64,000 nt of DNA from assembly GCA_947085205.1 (NCBI GenBank), contig CAMTVO010000001.1, forward strand, positions 27,142 to 91,141, given 5' to 3'. Numbering within the stretch: the first letter of the stretch is position 1; the number at the start of each line of letters is the position of its first letter. The position numbers and the translations under genes were made by a program. The DNA comes from an uncultured Nitrospiraceae bacterium. Lineage in GTDB: Bacteria; Nitrospirota; Thermodesulfovibrionia; Thermodesulfovibrionales; Dissulfurispiraceae. The notes under the pieces are model-generated. The model saw only the letters and a list, made by a program, of their open reading frames with translations, had not been told where the DNA came from and did not search any database. Shown here in pieces: positions 1 to 10,323 of the stretch.

Positions 1-1
1 A

Positions 2-505
2 AAGACAGAGGTAGGTAAAATATTGTCCCTGAAGCTCGGTTATGCTCTTGTTGATGCCGACACAGAAATAGAGAAAGAGCAGAAGATGACGATAACCGAG
101 ATTTTCAAGCAATACGGCGAACCGAAATTCAGGGATATAGAGGCGGATGTCATAAGGCGGCTTTCGATGATGGAAAATGCAATAATATCAACAGGAGGCG
201 GAGCAGTATTGAGGCAGGAGAACATGGATAATCTGAGGAAGAACGGTGTGATTGTCTGTCTTGCCGCATCTCCAGAAACTATCCTGAGAAGGACAGGCAA
301 TAACAACGACAGGCCGCTCCTTCAGGTCGAAAATCCCCTCCAGAAAATAAAGGAACTCCTCGAATTCAGAAAGCCGTATTACGAAAAGGCTGATATAATG
401 ATAGAGACAGAGGGAAAAAGCCCATTTGAAGTGGCAGAGGAGATAATAAAGGCAGTAGATGCGACAGTTAATAGAGCGACAGAGCAACATCAGTGCTACA
501 GTTAA
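2..505 (+). CDS. aroK: Shikimate kinase, 5'-truncated by the window edge; last ~15 codons derive from an octamer repeat array
   Basis: Frame is open from base 2 (KTEVGKILS, end of Walker A); motifs FRDIE, STGGGAV and RPLL; directly upstream of aroB. Confidence 0.95.
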   Translation, partial: KTEVGKILSLKLGYALVDADTEIEKEQKMTITEIFKQYGEPKFRDIEADVIRRLSMMENAIISTGGGAVLRQENMDNLRKNGVIVCLAASPETILRRTGNNNDRPLLQVENPLQKIKELLEFRKPYYEKADIMIETEGKSPFEVAEEIIKAVDATVNRATEQHQCYS

Positions 506-595
506 TAGAGCGACAGAACGACAGTTTTTTATAAGGAATAAATTTTTCCATAATTTAACTGTCGCACTGCCGAACTGTCGCACTAATTAACTAAT
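461..595. repeat. Inverted pair of degenerate octamer arrays (AGAGCGAC ... GTCGCACT) around a conserved core
   Basis: 533-565 is identical to 37703-37735 (33 bp); 546-568 is identical to 45980-46002. Confidence 0.9.
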
Positions 596-600
596 TAAAA

Positions 601-1680
601 ATGGAAAAAGTAAGAGTCGAACTCGGCGAAAGAAGCTACTATGTTGCGATTGACAGCGGAATACTCGCAGACATCGGAGAGCGCCTTAAAGAATTCAATT
701 TCAGCCCAAAGGTCGCTGTAATAAGCAATCCTACAGTTTTTAATCTTTACGGAGATGTAGTTATAAATTCGCTGAAAAACGCAGGATTTGAGCCTCTTCA
801 TGTCATTATTCCTGATGGCGAGGAGTATAAAAATTACGACCAGACCTACCAAATACTGACCGAGCTCTTAAAAAATAAACTCGACAGGAAATCATCTCTT
901 ATCGCTCTCGGAGGCGGTGTAATCGGCGATATAACAGGTTTTGTCGCATCAATATACATGCGGGGTATCGATTTCATTCAGGTTCCGACAACACTCCTTT
1001 CACAGGTTGACAGTTCAGTCGGCGGGAAAACAGGCGTGAATCATGAACTTGGGAAAAACATGATAGGCACATTCTATCAGCCGAGACTCGTATGGATAGA
1101 TATAGATACGCTTAAGACTTTGCCGAAAAGAGAAATTTTGTGCGGCATTGCAGAGATAATAAAATACGGCATAATCTGGGATGAGGAACTGTTTAATTTT
1201 ATGGAAAACAAAAGGGATGATATTTTAAATCTAAATATGGATGCCCTGAAATTTATCATAAGGCGTTCATGCGAGATAAAAGCAGAGGTCGTTTCAAAGG
1301 ATGAAAGGGAATCCGGATTGAGGGCTGTTCTGAATTACGGGCATACCATCGGTCACGCCATAGAGACAGAAACAGGATATTCAGAGTTCCTTCATGGCGA
1401 GGCTGTTGCAATAGGGATGCATCTTGAAGCAGTGCTTTCAGAACTGTTGGGATTGATAGACAATACGCAGGTTATGAGAATTAAAAACATTATAGACTCT
1501 TACGTCCTGCCGTCGGAACTGCCTTTGGATTTGAATGCCGACAAGCTTGTTTCGCTTATGAGACTGGATAAAAAAGTCGAGGCAGGGGAGATGAAGTTTA
1601 TTCTTCCTGAAAAAATCGGGAAGGTAAAAATTCAGAAGGGCATTAATATCGAAGATATAAAGAAGGTAATGAGTCGGTGA
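601..1680 (+). CDS. aroB: 3-dehydroquinate synthase
   Basis: Motifs LGGGVIGD, PTTLLSQVDSSVGGKTGVN, LNYGHTIGHAIE and LHGEAV. Confidence 0.98.
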   Translation: MEKVRVELGERSYYVAIDSGILADIGERLKEFNFSPKVAVISNPTVFNLYGDVVINSLKNAGFEPLHVIIPDGEEYKNYDQTYQILTELLKNKLDRKSSLIALGGGVIGDITGFVASIYMRGIDFIQVPTTLLSQVDSSVGGKTGVNHELGKNMIGTFYQPRLVWIDIDTLKTLPKREILCGIAEIIKYGIIWDEELFNFMENKRDDILNLNMDALKFIIRRSCEIKAEVVSKDERESGLRAVLNYGHTIGHAIETETGYSEFLHGEAVAIGMHLEAVLSELLGLIDNTQVMRIKNIIDSYVLPSELPLDLNADKLVSLMRLDKKVEAGEMKFILPEKIGKVKIQKGINIEDIKKVMSR

Positions 1681-2396
1681 AGAAAATCCTTGTCATAGAC
1701 GATGAGACAGACATTGTCGAATTAATCTCTTATAACCTCAAGAAAGAAGGCTTTTCTGTAGATTTCGCCTATGACGGAGAAACTGCCATCAAAATGATAA
1801 AGGACAATAAATACGACCTTATTATCCTTGACCTTATGCTTCCCGGAATTCAGGGGCTTGAACTGTGCAGGATTATAAGGAGCGCTCCTGAAATATCCGG
1901 TTTGCCTATTATTATGCTGACTGCAAAGGGAGAAGAGGTTGATAAGGTGCTCGGACTCGAGATGGGAGCGGATGATTACATAACAAAACCATTCAGCATA
2001 AGAGAACTTGTTGCTCGGGCAAAGGCAATCCTGAGAAGGGCGGAGAAGCCGACAGCCCATGAAGCGCCTGCATTAGAAGCTATCGCAGGGTCCGGTAATA
2101 TATTAAAGATAAAGGAAATGTTTATTGACAAAGAGAAATACATAGTTGCGGTTGACAAGCGGCGGATAAAGCTGAGCGCAACAGAATTTAAACTTCTTTT
2201 GTATCTTGCAGAGAGGCCGAATAAAATTTACAGCAGGGACCACCTTTTAGATGCGGTGTGGGGAAATGATGTTTATGTAGAGCCGAGGACAGTTGATGTC
2301 CATATAAGAAGGCTCAGGACTAAGATAGAGACAGACCCCAATAATCCCAGATATATAAAGACAATGCGAGGCATCGGATATTTTGTCGAGGCATAA
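1677..2396 (+). CDS. phoB: OmpR/PhoB-family response regulator
   Basis: Receiver domain (LDLMLP, GADDYITKPF) plus winged helix (RTVDVHIRRLR); paired with a PhoR-like kinase. Confidence 0.85.
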   Translation: MKKILVIDDETDIVELISYNLKKEGFSVDFAYDGETAIKMIKDNKYDLIILDLMLPGIQGLELCRIIRSAPEISGLPIIMLTAKGEEVDKVLGLEMGADDYITKPFSIRELVARAKAILRRAEKPTAHEAPALEAIAGSGNILKIKEMFIDKEKYIVAVDKRRIKLSATEFKLLLYLAERPNKIYSRDHLLDAVWGNDVYVEPRTVDVHIRRLRTKIETDPNNPRYIKTMRGIGYFVEA

Positions 2397-2398
2397 CT

Positions 2399-2472
2399 AT
2401 AGCTGATAGCTTGTAGCTGATAGCTCGTAGTATTGATTCCCTCTGTGAGCTATGAGCTATGAACCATGAGCT
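2399..2472. repeat. Inverted pair of heptamer arrays (TAGCTNR ... TGAGCTA) at the phoB/phoR junction
   Basis: tagctga tagcttg tagctga tagctcg, spacer, then tgagcta tgagcta tgaacca tgagct. Confidence 0.9.
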
Positions 2473-3721
2473 GTTTATCATAATAATTCTCTCCATAGCA
2501 TTACTTTTCCTCGCCGTTCGTTTAATCCGCGTTTCTGCATTCATAAAAGATATAAGCGGATTTTTAAAAGAGCTTTCATCAGGAAATTTAAATGCAAGAC
2601 TCTTGCCGATGGGAAAGGGAGAACCGGTCGGTATTATACGGGACATCGTCTCTATAATGGATAAGACAAAGACAAGGCTCGATTTTGCAGAGGCCGAGAT
2701 GCAGAGGATGGAGGCGATACTAAGGGGCATGTCCGATGGCGTGCTTATTACCGATGTTCGGGGAGTGATAATTTTAGCAAACCCGACATTTAGAAATCTT
2801 CTGTCTGTGAATGAAGATATAGAGGGAAAGCAGATTATGGAGGTTTTGAGGAATGCAGAACTCATAGGTATTTTCAGGAAGGCTGTTGAATCAGGGAATA
2901 TCATCTCGGAAGAGATGGGCATATCGAGGCCCCATAAAGATATGCATCTGATTGCGACTGCAGTGCCTGTATGTTCCGGAGATTACGTAACCGGCGCTGT
3001 GCTTACACTGCATGATATTACGAGGCTGAAACAGCTTGAAGAGATGAGAAAGGACTTTGTTGCGAATGTGTCACACGAGATAAAAACCCCAATAACTGCG
3101 ATAAAAGGATTTGCAGAGACGCTTCTCGACGGCGCTATAGATGACAAGGACAATGCGGTAAGGTTTCTGGGAATGATAAAAAGCCACAGCGAAAGGCTTA
3201 ATACGCTTGTGGATGACTTGCTGGCGCTGTCGAGGATAGAGCTTGGCGATGCGCCTATCAATAAAACAGAGGTCAATATCGAGCAGGTTATAGATACGGT
3301 CTTTATGACCCTGAAAGATAAGGCAGACAAAAGGGGTCTTTATCTAAAAAAGGCAATACCGTCAGGCGCACAGATTATTTATGCGGATAAGGACAGGCTT
3401 ATCCAGATAATACTGAATCTCGTTGATAACGGAATTAAGTTTACAGAAAAGGGAGGGGTTACTGTCGGAATTGACGAGGCCGGAGGAAGACTTACGCTGT
3501 ATGTTCAGGACACCGGCGCCGGAATTCCGCAAAATCACCTATCAAGGCTCGGCGAGAGGTTTTACCGCGTTGACAGGGCAAGGTCGAGGGAGCTTGGAGG
3601 GACAGGCCTCGGGCTTGCGATTGTTAAACATCTGGTCAGCGCCCATAAGTGGAACATGTGCATAGAGAGCGAACAGGGGCGCGGCACGAAGGTCAATATA
3701 ATAATCGACAGGTATCTGTAA
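2459..3721 (+). CDS. phoR: PhoR-like PAS sensor histidine kinase
   Basis: DFVANVSHEIKTP H-box; ERFYRVDRARSRELGGTGLGL; PAS-like segment. Confidence 0.85.
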   Translation: MNHELFIIIILSIALLFLAVRLIRVSAFIKDISGFLKELSSGNLNARLLPMGKGEPVGIIRDIVSIMDKTKTRLDFAEAEMQRMEAILRGMSDGVLITDVRGVIILANPTFRNLLSVNEDIEGKQIMEVLRNAELIGIFRKAVESGNIISEEMGISRPHKDMHLIATAVPVCSGDYVTGAVLTLHDITRLKQLEEMRKDFVANVSHEIKTPITAIKGFAETLLDGAIDDKDNAVRFLGMIKSHSERLNTLVDDLLALSRIELGDAPINKTEVNIEQVIDTVFMTLKDKADKRGLYLKKAIPSGAQIIYADKDRLIQIILNLVDNGIKFTEKGGVTVGIDEAGGRLTLYVQDTGAGIPQNHLSRLGERFYRVDRARSRELGGTGLGLAIVKHLVSAHKWNMCIESEQGRGTKVNIIIDRYL

Positions 3722-3773
3722 GCAGGTTCGACATCTTTCACAGAATTGCTCAAAAAATATTTTATTTTTAAAG

Positions 3774-3816
3774 TATGACGCAAATCATAGACGTTTCATT
3801 TGACATCTATTAAAAT
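3774..3816 (+). promoter_or_regulatory. CRP/FNR-family (HcpR-like) operator plus -10 element upstream of hcp
   Basis: Perfect palindrome TATGA-N6-TCATA at 3774-3789 and TAAAAT at 3811-3816; spacing fits a class II activator site near -41.5. Confidence 0.65.
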
Positions 3817-3855
3817 TTAACTCAAATTACTTTTTGCAATGAAGAGGAGGTAGGT

Positions 3856-5496
3856 ATGGAGCAAAAGATGTTTTGTTATCAGTGCGAGCAAACAGCAAAA
3901 GGGGGCTGTAAGGTTATTGGAGTCTGCGGGAAATCTCCTGATGTGGCAGCGCTTCAGGACATTCTTGTGCATACCCTGAAAGGTTTGTCTCTTTATGCGG
4001 TTGAGGGAAGGAAGGCAGGAGTGAATGACCGCGATGTCAATGTATTTACCGTTAAGGCCCTATTTTCAACACTTACCAATGTGGATTTTGATCCCGACAG
4101 GTTTGCAGCGCTTATCAATAGGTGCGTGGAACTCAGGGAGAAACTCAAAGGAAATATTAAGGGCAAGGGCGGAAGGGTTGATTTTCAGGAGGCGTGCGCT
4201 GCATTTAAACCGGAAGCAACTCTTGAAGGGCTGGTAAAACAGGGAGAGGCGGTAATGGAAAAGGTGTCTGCTCCAGGTATGGACCCAGATATACAATCCC
4301 TGCAGGATATACTTTTATTCGGACTCAGAGGCGTTGCAGCATATGCCGACCACGCACAGATTTTAGGGCATGAAGACGATGCTATCTATGCTTTTATCCA
4401 TGAGGCATTAGCGGCTATGACGAGAAAAGATTTGTCTCTCAATGATTGGCTTGGGCTTGTACTGAAATGCGGAGAGATAAATCTGAAGACAATGGAGCTG
4501 CTTGATGCGGCAAATACAGGCGCTTACGGCCATCCGGTTCCTATAAAAGTGCCTTCAGGTCATAAAAAAGGCAAGGCTATTCTTGTTTCCGGACATGACC
4601 TTAAGGATCTGGAAGACATACTCAAACAGAGCGAAGGCAAGGAAATTTATGTTTATACGCATGGAGAGATGCTGCCATGTCACGGCTATCCTGCGCTTAA
4701 AAAATATCCCCACTTCTACGGGCATTACGGAACAGCATGGCAGAACCAGCAGAAGGAATTTGCCGAATTTCCCGGTGCAATAGTTATGACCACCAATTGT
4801 CTCCAGAAACCGAAAGATGCTTACAAGGACAACATCTTTACATGCGGCCTTGTCGGATGGCCTGACGTAAAGCATATATCCGGCGGAAACTTTAAGCCGG
4901 TAATAGACAGGGCGCTTGAACTGCCGGGATTTACAGAAGATTACGAAGGTAAATATGTAATGACAGGCTTTGCCAGAAATGCGGTTCTGGGAGTTGCTGA
5001 TAAGGTTATAGAAGCGGTAAAGAATAAAAACATACGCCACTTCTTTTTAGTCGGAGGCTGCGACGGGGCAACGCCCGGAAGGAGCTATTACACCGAATTT
5101 GTCGAGAAGGTTCCAAAGGATTGCATTGTGCTGACGCTTGCCTGCGGCAAGTTCAGATTTTTTGATAAAGACCTCGGCGACATCGGCGGCATTCCGAGAC
5201 TCCTTGATATAGGGCAGTGCAACGACGCATACTCGGCTATTCAGATAGCAGTAGCGCTTTCCAAGGCATTTAATGTCGGCGTGAATGACCTGCCCCTTTC
5301 TCTGGTGCTTTCATGGTATGAGCAGAAGGCAGTGGCTATACTGCTGACGCTCTTATACCTCGGGATTAAGGGCATAAGGCTTGGCCCTTCGCTTCCTGCA
5401 TTCATAACGCCTAATGTGCTGGATGTGCTGGTGAAAAACTTCAATATTAAGCCTATAACAACGCCTGACGAAGACCTGAAGACCATTCTCGGCTGA
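3856..5496 (+). CDS. hcp: Hybrid cluster protein (hydroxylamine/NO reductase)
   Basis: Motifs MFCYQCEQT..GC..GVCGK, YTHGEMLP, GGCDG, GQCNDAYSA and SWYEQKA. Confidence 0.98.
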   Translation: MEQKMFCYQCEQTAKGGCKVIGVCGKSPDVAALQDILVHTLKGLSLYAVEGRKAGVNDRDVNVFTVKALFSTLTNVDFDPDRFAALINRCVELREKLKGNIKGKGGRVDFQEACAAFKPEATLEGLVKQGEAVMEKVSAPGMDPDIQSLQDILLFGLRGVAAYADHAQILGHEDDAIYAFIHEALAAMTRKDLSLNDWLGLVLKCGEINLKTMELLDAANTGAYGHPVPIKVPSGHKKGKAILVSGHDLKDLEDILKQSEGKEIYVYTHGEMLPCHGYPALKKYPHFYGHYGTAWQNQQKEFAEFPGAIVMTTNCLQKPKDAYKDNIFTCGLVGWPDVKHISGGNFKPVIDRALELPGFTEDYEGKYVMTGFARNAVLGVADKVIEAVKNKNIRHFFLVGGCDGATPGRSYYTEFVEKVPKDCIVLTLACGKFRFFDKDLGDIGGIPRLLDIGQCNDAYSAIQIAVALSKAFNVGVNDLPLSLVLSWYEQKAVAILLTLLYLGIKGIRLGPSLPAFITPNVLDVLVKNFNIKPITTPDEDLKTILG

Positions 5497-5577
5497 TACA
5501 TAGGGAGAGGTGTGCACAGTATACCTCTCCCTTATTATTTTTTGCCCTTCCGCTTGTTTTTCAGTATAATTACATTT

Positions 5578-6621
5578 ATGGAAAGACAGCAGATTTACGA
5601 CATTATAATAGACACCCTTCCTGTTGGTTTTTCGATAGTGGATAAAGACGGAATCATCATTGACTTCAACAATACCGCAGAGAAAATAACAAGCTATACA
5701 AAAAAGGATGTAATCGGCAAGTCCCACCTTAAAATGCTCCACGGCACGGATGATAAAGATGCATGCCCTTTATTCAAGCATGCACTCCAGAAGCATGAGC
5801 AATTGATTGCAACAGAGGCCACTATAATGAAGAAGAACGGCGACTTTATTGCAGTATCTGTTACGACATCTCCTCTTTTTGACAGCAATGGCAATTTTAT
5901 CGGAGGCATAGAGCTTTTCAGGGATATTACTGAATTAAAACGGCTAGAGAGGGAACGGAAAAATATCCTCTCGATGTTTGCCCATGACATGAAAAATCCG
6001 GTTATTACTGCAGAGGGTTTTATATCGAGGCTGCTTTCTGGAAAGGCGGGACCTCTGTCTGAAACTCAAAAAAATTATCTTGAATTGGTAAAGGAAGAGC
6101 TGGATGGACTGCAGGGATTGATCACAGATTTTCTTGAGTTTTCAAGGTTTGAAGCAACAGAGTGCAAACCTGTACTGGGACCATTCAACATAGAAGCTTC
6201 CATGCGAAAACATATAGAGGCAGCAAAGGTAGAAGCAGAGAAAAAAAATATTACAATTATTTTTGAGCCTCGCGAAGTAGGGGCGGTGACCAATGCCGAT
6301 GCAATGTTAATCGGCAGGGTTATTACCAATCTGCTGGATAATGCAATAAAATACACAAATCCCGGAGGAGTTGTGACAATAAGCCTGATTGATAGCAACA
6401 GCAATATAATTGTTCGGATCAAAGATACAGGTATAGGTATTCCTGAAAACCATCTTCCGTATATATTCGATGCCTTTTATAGAGGTAAAAGGGATATGAA
6501 AGGTTCAGGACTTGGCTTATCAATTGCAAAAACAATAGTAGAGGCACACGGCGGTAGAATCTTGGTTGAAAGTACGCCGGGAAGGGGAAGCACCTTCAGT
6601 TTTACACTGCCTAAGAGATAG
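5578..6621 (+). CDS. PAS-domain sensor histidine kinase
   Basis: N-terminal PAS, FAHDMKNP H-box, NLLDNAIKYT, GSGLGLSI; ATG at 5578 preferred as start. Confidence 0.9.
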   Translation: MERQQIYDIIIDTLPVGFSIVDKDGIIIDFNNTAEKITSYTKKDVIGKSHLKMLHGTDDKDACPLFKHALQKHEQLIATEATIMKKNGDFIAVSVTTSPLFDSNGNFIGGIELFRDITELKRLERERKNILSMFAHDMKNPVITAEGFISRLLSGKAGPLSETQKNYLELVKEELDGLQGLITDFLEFSRFEATECKPVLGPFNIEASMRKHIEAAKVEAEKKNITIIFEPREVGAVTNADAMLIGRVITNLLDNAIKYTNPGGVVTISLIDSNSNIIVRIKDTGIGIPENHLPYIFDAFYRGKRDMKGSGLGLSIAKTIVEAHGGRILVESTPGRGSTFSFTLPKR

Positions 6622-6695
6622 ACAAAGAGAGCTTGCATTAATCTACGAATAGCGATATGATTTGTTAAAAATACTTATTATGAGGAGGGGACAAG

Positions 6696-6917
6696 ATGAA
6701 TCTGCACGACGAAATAGCAAAGGTGGCACATGATCTCTATGAAAAGAGCGGAAGGATCGAGGGCAGGGACCTCGGCAACTGGCTTGAGGCAGAAAGGATT
6801 GTAATGGCAAGGCACAAAAGTGAGAAAAAAACATCCTCGAAAACAGGTGCTAAAAAGTCAGAGACAAAAAAGGCTGCAGTCCCTAAAGCAACCGGAAGAA
6901 CAAAAAAGACAAAATAG
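6696..6917 (+). CDS. DUF2934-like small protein with Lys-rich tail
   Basis: IAKVAHDLYEKSGRIEGRDLGNWLEAE pattern; RBS GAGGAGG. Confidence 0.8.
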   Translation: MNLHDEIAKVAHDLYEKSGRIEGRDLGNWLEAERIVMARHKSEKKTSSKTGAKKSETKKAAVPKATGRTKKTK

Positions 6918-7927
6918 TGAAAGAAGCGATGCTCTATGAAAAGATTGCCGATGGCAAAGTGAAGTGCCATCTGTGCAATCATTACTGCACTATTTCACCC
7001 GGCAAGCGGGGGATATGTGCGGTCAGGGAAAACAGGGACGGCACACTTTATATCCTCGTCTACGGCAAGGTCATAGCAAGGCATATAGACCCGATAGAAA
7101 AAAAGCCTTTATTCCATTTTTATCCGGGCTCGAGGTCCTATTCCATCGCTACAGTCGGCTGCAACTTCAGATGCCTGCACTGCCAGAACTATGAAATCTC
7201 CCAGTATCCAAAGGAATATCCTGACATCCCCGGAGAGGAAATGACACCGGAACAGGTTGTTAGAGATGCAGAACTCACAGGATGCAAGAGCATATCCTAC
7301 ACATACACAGAGCCCACCATATTCTTTGAGTTCGCATACGATTGTGCAAGGCTTGCACACGAAAAAGGGATTAAAAATGTATTTGTGAGCAATGGATATA
7401 CGAGTCCAGAGGCAACGAGGCTCATTGCACCATATCTTGATGGAAATAATATTGATTTAAAGGGAGATGATAATTTTTATAAGAAGATTGCAGGCGCAAA
7501 ACTACAAGCTGTTCTGGACACAATTAAACTTATGAAAGAGCTCGGCGTCTGGGTTGAGGTAACCACGCTTATTATACCGACCTATAATGACTCGGAAGAG
7601 TTCTTAAAATGGACGGCCGAATTTATAAGGTCTGTTGACAATGCGGTGCCGTGGCATGTGACCCAGTTCTATCCTACTTATAAATTAACAGATCAGCCGA
7701 GGACACCCGTAAAGACCCTGAGGATGGCGAGGGATATAGGATTAAAGGCAGGCCTGAAATATGTTTATGAAGGGAATGTTCCGGGTGAGGGCGGTGAGAA
7801 CACATATTGTCCTTCGTGCGGGGAACTGCTTATAGAGAGATTCGGATTTTCTCTGACCACTATTAAAATGAAAAATTCAAAATGTTCAAAATGCGGGGCG
7901 CAGATTGACGGTATCGGAATGCCTTGA
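6917..7927 (+). CDS. amrS: AmmeMemoRadiSam-system radical SAM enzyme (PFL-activase-like)
   Basis: Motifs DPIEKKPLFHFYPG, GCNFRCLHCQN (CxxxCxxC), YTYTEPTIF and ENTYCPSC. Confidence 0.9.
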   Translation: MKEAMLYEKIADGKVKCHLCNHYCTISPGKRGICAVRENRDGTLYILVYGKVIARHIDPIEKKPLFHFYPGSRSYSIATVGCNFRCLHCQNYEISQYPKEYPDIPGEEMTPEQVVRDAELTGCKSISYTYTEPTIFFEFAYDCARLAHEKGIKNVFVSNGYTSPEATRLIAPYLDGNNIDLKGDDNFYKKIAGAKLQAVLDTIKLMKELGVWVEVTTLIIPTYNDSEEFLKWTAEFIRSVDNAVPWHVTQFYPTYKLTDQPRTPVKTLRMARDIGLKAGLKYVYEGNVPGEGGENTYCPSCGELLIERFGFSLTTIKMKNSKCSKCGAQIDGIGMP

Positions 7928-7939
7928 TATAATTAGGAA

Positions 7940-9331
7940 ATGGCAAGGCAGATAGCGATTAGTTTTGAAGATGATATAGTCAGAGTAGTATATGCGTCTA
8001 TAAAAGGGACAAAGTTAACAGTCAAAAAGACCCTTGTCCTAAAAGATGAAGAGCTTGACGACTTTCTAAAAAAGGAAAAGACCCGCCATTTCAGAGTAGT
8101 ATGCAATTTTAAATCATTCTATCAGGATATTCTGCTTCTGCCTCCTGTAAAGGAAAAGTTCTTGAGAAACATTGTCGAAGCGGAGATAAGAAAGAGGTCT
8201 CCGGAGATGAAGGAGTTTTCATTTTTTCATGTCTCTCTCGGCGAGAGGATGCACGAAGGAAGAAAAATGAACGAGACCTTTGTGTTTGCCGCAAACAATT
8301 ATGACCTCTCCAATGTTATCGAGAGGTTCGGCAGATGCGGCAAGGTAGTGAAAGGCATATATCCGGCAGCCTTTACTATATCGCGTCTGGTAAACTTATC
8401 TTACGGCATTGCCGCCGACCCTTTGCTCTGCGTTGCGGAGTCCGAGGCAGGGAAAATCCTCCTTCTGATGAAAGACGGCAAACTCTATTTCATAAGGGCT
8501 GCGCAGTCGTTTGAGAGCGGTATACACGACATAGATGTCCAGAACATCAACATGACCGTAAACTACTGCCGACAGACATTGAGATTAAATCCTTTGCAGG
8601 TAATATTATTGGGAACTGCGTGTTCTCATTATGAGACGACTATGGATTTGACGCTGCCGGCTGTCTGCATGGAACCGACTTCTGCTATTATTGCCTCAAG
8701 AGAGACTTTTATGGAATTTATTATTCCCCTGTCGGCTGTCGTAGACGTTAAAAAGTCTGAAGCAGGGAATCTTCTTCCGCAGAGTTACAGGAGTTTTTAC
8801 AGGCAGAAGGAGATACTTACGTATTACACAGCGTTTTTTGTAATTTTTTTCATTATAGGGCTCGGCTATCTCAAGATAAAGCAGACAGAGATGGAAGACG
8901 TTAGAAAAAAGATTAATTCGCTCAGGTCCGAGATGCAGGCAATGGAGCCTGCAATTGCCGATTACGAGAATAAGAAAAAGGAGTTGGATAAGCGCATGCC
9001 TTTAATAAATTTTATTAATTCGATGAATTCTTCGCCGGACATGCAGATGGCTCTCGTTGCCCTGTCTTCTTTAAAAGAGGCGCGCGAGAAGGGAGTAAAT
9101 ATTGATGCAATCGATATGTCTCCGGAAGGGAATGCTGTCCGCATAAAGATTAAAGGCGGTATTACAGCTAAGAGTTTTACGGAAATGCAGCAGTTGTATC
9201 AGGGCATTACCGAGTCCATAAAAAAGACAGGCGGAATGCATCTCCTTTCAGATAAAATAGACTTAAGTGGTAAGGTCTTCCATATTGAGATAAAATATTC
9301 CGGGGTGGCTGATGCGGCAAGCCGACGTTGA
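7940..9331 (+). CDS. PilM/PilN-like (MshI-like) inner-membrane pilus assembly protein
   Basis: Cytoplasmic domain, one TM, coiled coil and PilN-like C-terminus; first gene of a secretin/ATPase operon. Confidence 0.6.
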   Translation: MARQIAISFEDDIVRVVYASIKGTKLTVKKTLVLKDEELDDFLKKEKTRHFRVVCNFKSFYQDILLLPPVKEKFLRNIVEAEIRKRSPEMKEFSFFHVSLGERMHEGRKMNETFVFAANNYDLSNVIERFGRCGKVVKGIYPAAFTISRLVNLSYGIAADPLLCVAESEAGKILLLMKDGKLYFIRAAQSFESGIHDIDVQNINMTVNYCRQTLRLNPLQVILLGTACSHYETTMDLTLPAVCMEPTSAIIASRETFMEFIIPLSAVVDVKKSEAGNLLPQSYRSFYRQKEILTYYTAFFVIFFIIGLGYLKIKQTEMEDVRKKINSLRSEMQAMEPAIADYENKKKELDKRMPLINFINSMNSSPDMQMALVALSSLKEAREKGVNIDAIDMSPEGNAVRIKIKGGITAKSFTEMQQLYQGITESIKKTGGMHLLSDKIDLSGKVFHIEIKYSGVADAASRR

Positions 9332-9866
9332 TTCAGGATTGAAAAAACTGCTTTTTTTATATGCTGTTTCAGGGGTATTGTTCTTGATTGCTCTTGGAGG
9401 CGTTATTGTCCTTAAAAAATACGGGGACTCCCTTTCGAATACCATGAACAGGCTGCAAACAGCCAAACAGAATCTGATAAGGATAAAGGAAGCGCATAAG
9501 GATATTGCCGAAACAATAGCGGAAATGAAATCGATTGTTCCGGAAGACGCAGCAGTGAGGGGTCCCGAGGAGCGTATCTTTATAGGCATTGATGAATTAA
9601 AATCGCGCCTGAAAAATGCGGAGGTCTCGATAACAAATATCGAATACAAAGGAGACGAAGTCAGCCTGCCTGTCGGCATAAAGGCTTCAGCGGCAGGAAA
9701 AGATTACGCTGCATTTGTGAATGCCGTCGGGTATCTGCAGTCGATGAGCTTTCCGTTCTTTTCGATAGGCAGCATATCCATTTCGGCATCTCAGGATAAA
9801 ACAGCGGTCTTATACGAAATAAAGGGAACATTGAAGACATTTAAAACAGCGGAAGGCGGGCGATGA
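9312..9866 (+). CDS. PilO/MshJ-like membrane protein
   Basis: N-terminal TM plus coiled coil; operon position. Confidence 0.55.
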   Translation: MRQADVDSGLKKLLFLYAVSGVLFLIALGGVIVLKKYGDSLSNTMNRLQTAKQNLIRIKEAHKDIAETIAEMKSIVPEDAAVRGPEERIFIGIDELKSRLKNAEVSITNIEYKGDEVSLPVGIKASAAGKDYAAFVNAVGYLQSMSFPFFSIGSISISASQDKTAVLYEIKGTLKTFKTAEGGR

Positions 9867-9867
9867 G

Positions 9868-10323
9868 ATGGAGGGCGTGAATAATAAACAGATAATACTT
9901 CTAACGTTACCGTTTGTTGCGGTATCCCTTGCGGTATTCGCCTTGTCGTATGTCAAATTCAAGCCGGCGCTGCTTCCTATGGAGCAGAAGCTTTCCGGTC
10001 TTGCCTACGAAAAGGTCAAAATAATAAGGCGTCAGCCTCTTGTGGTTACTGCGGCGGACAGTCCTATTGCCTTAGAGAAACAGGCTTCTTTGAGACGTGA
10101 TTATCCGCAGGCGCCTCTTTCGACCGTAGCGCCTCCCGCGGCTGCGGAGGAGATGAAAGTGTCATTCATTCTTATAAATGGCGGGAGAAGGATGGCAATA
10201 ATAAACGGAGTGGTTGTAAATGAAGGTGATACGGTCAATCAGAAAAAGGTTGCAAAAATAGAAAAAAACAGGGTATTAATAAAAGATGAAAGGGGGGAAA
10301 GATGGATAAGGGTGGATTCGTAA
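9868..10323 (+). CDS. MshK/PilP-like protein
   Basis: VSFILING..RMAIING..V.EGD beta domain; lies immediately before the secretin. Confidence 0.55.
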   Translation: MEGVNNKQIILLTLPFVAVSLAVFALSYVKFKPALLPMEQKLSGLAYEKVKIIRRQPLVVTAADSPIALEKQASLRRDYPQAPLSTVAPPAAAEEMKVSFILINGGRRMAIINGVVVNEGDTVNQKKVAKIEKNRVLIKDERGERWIRVDS

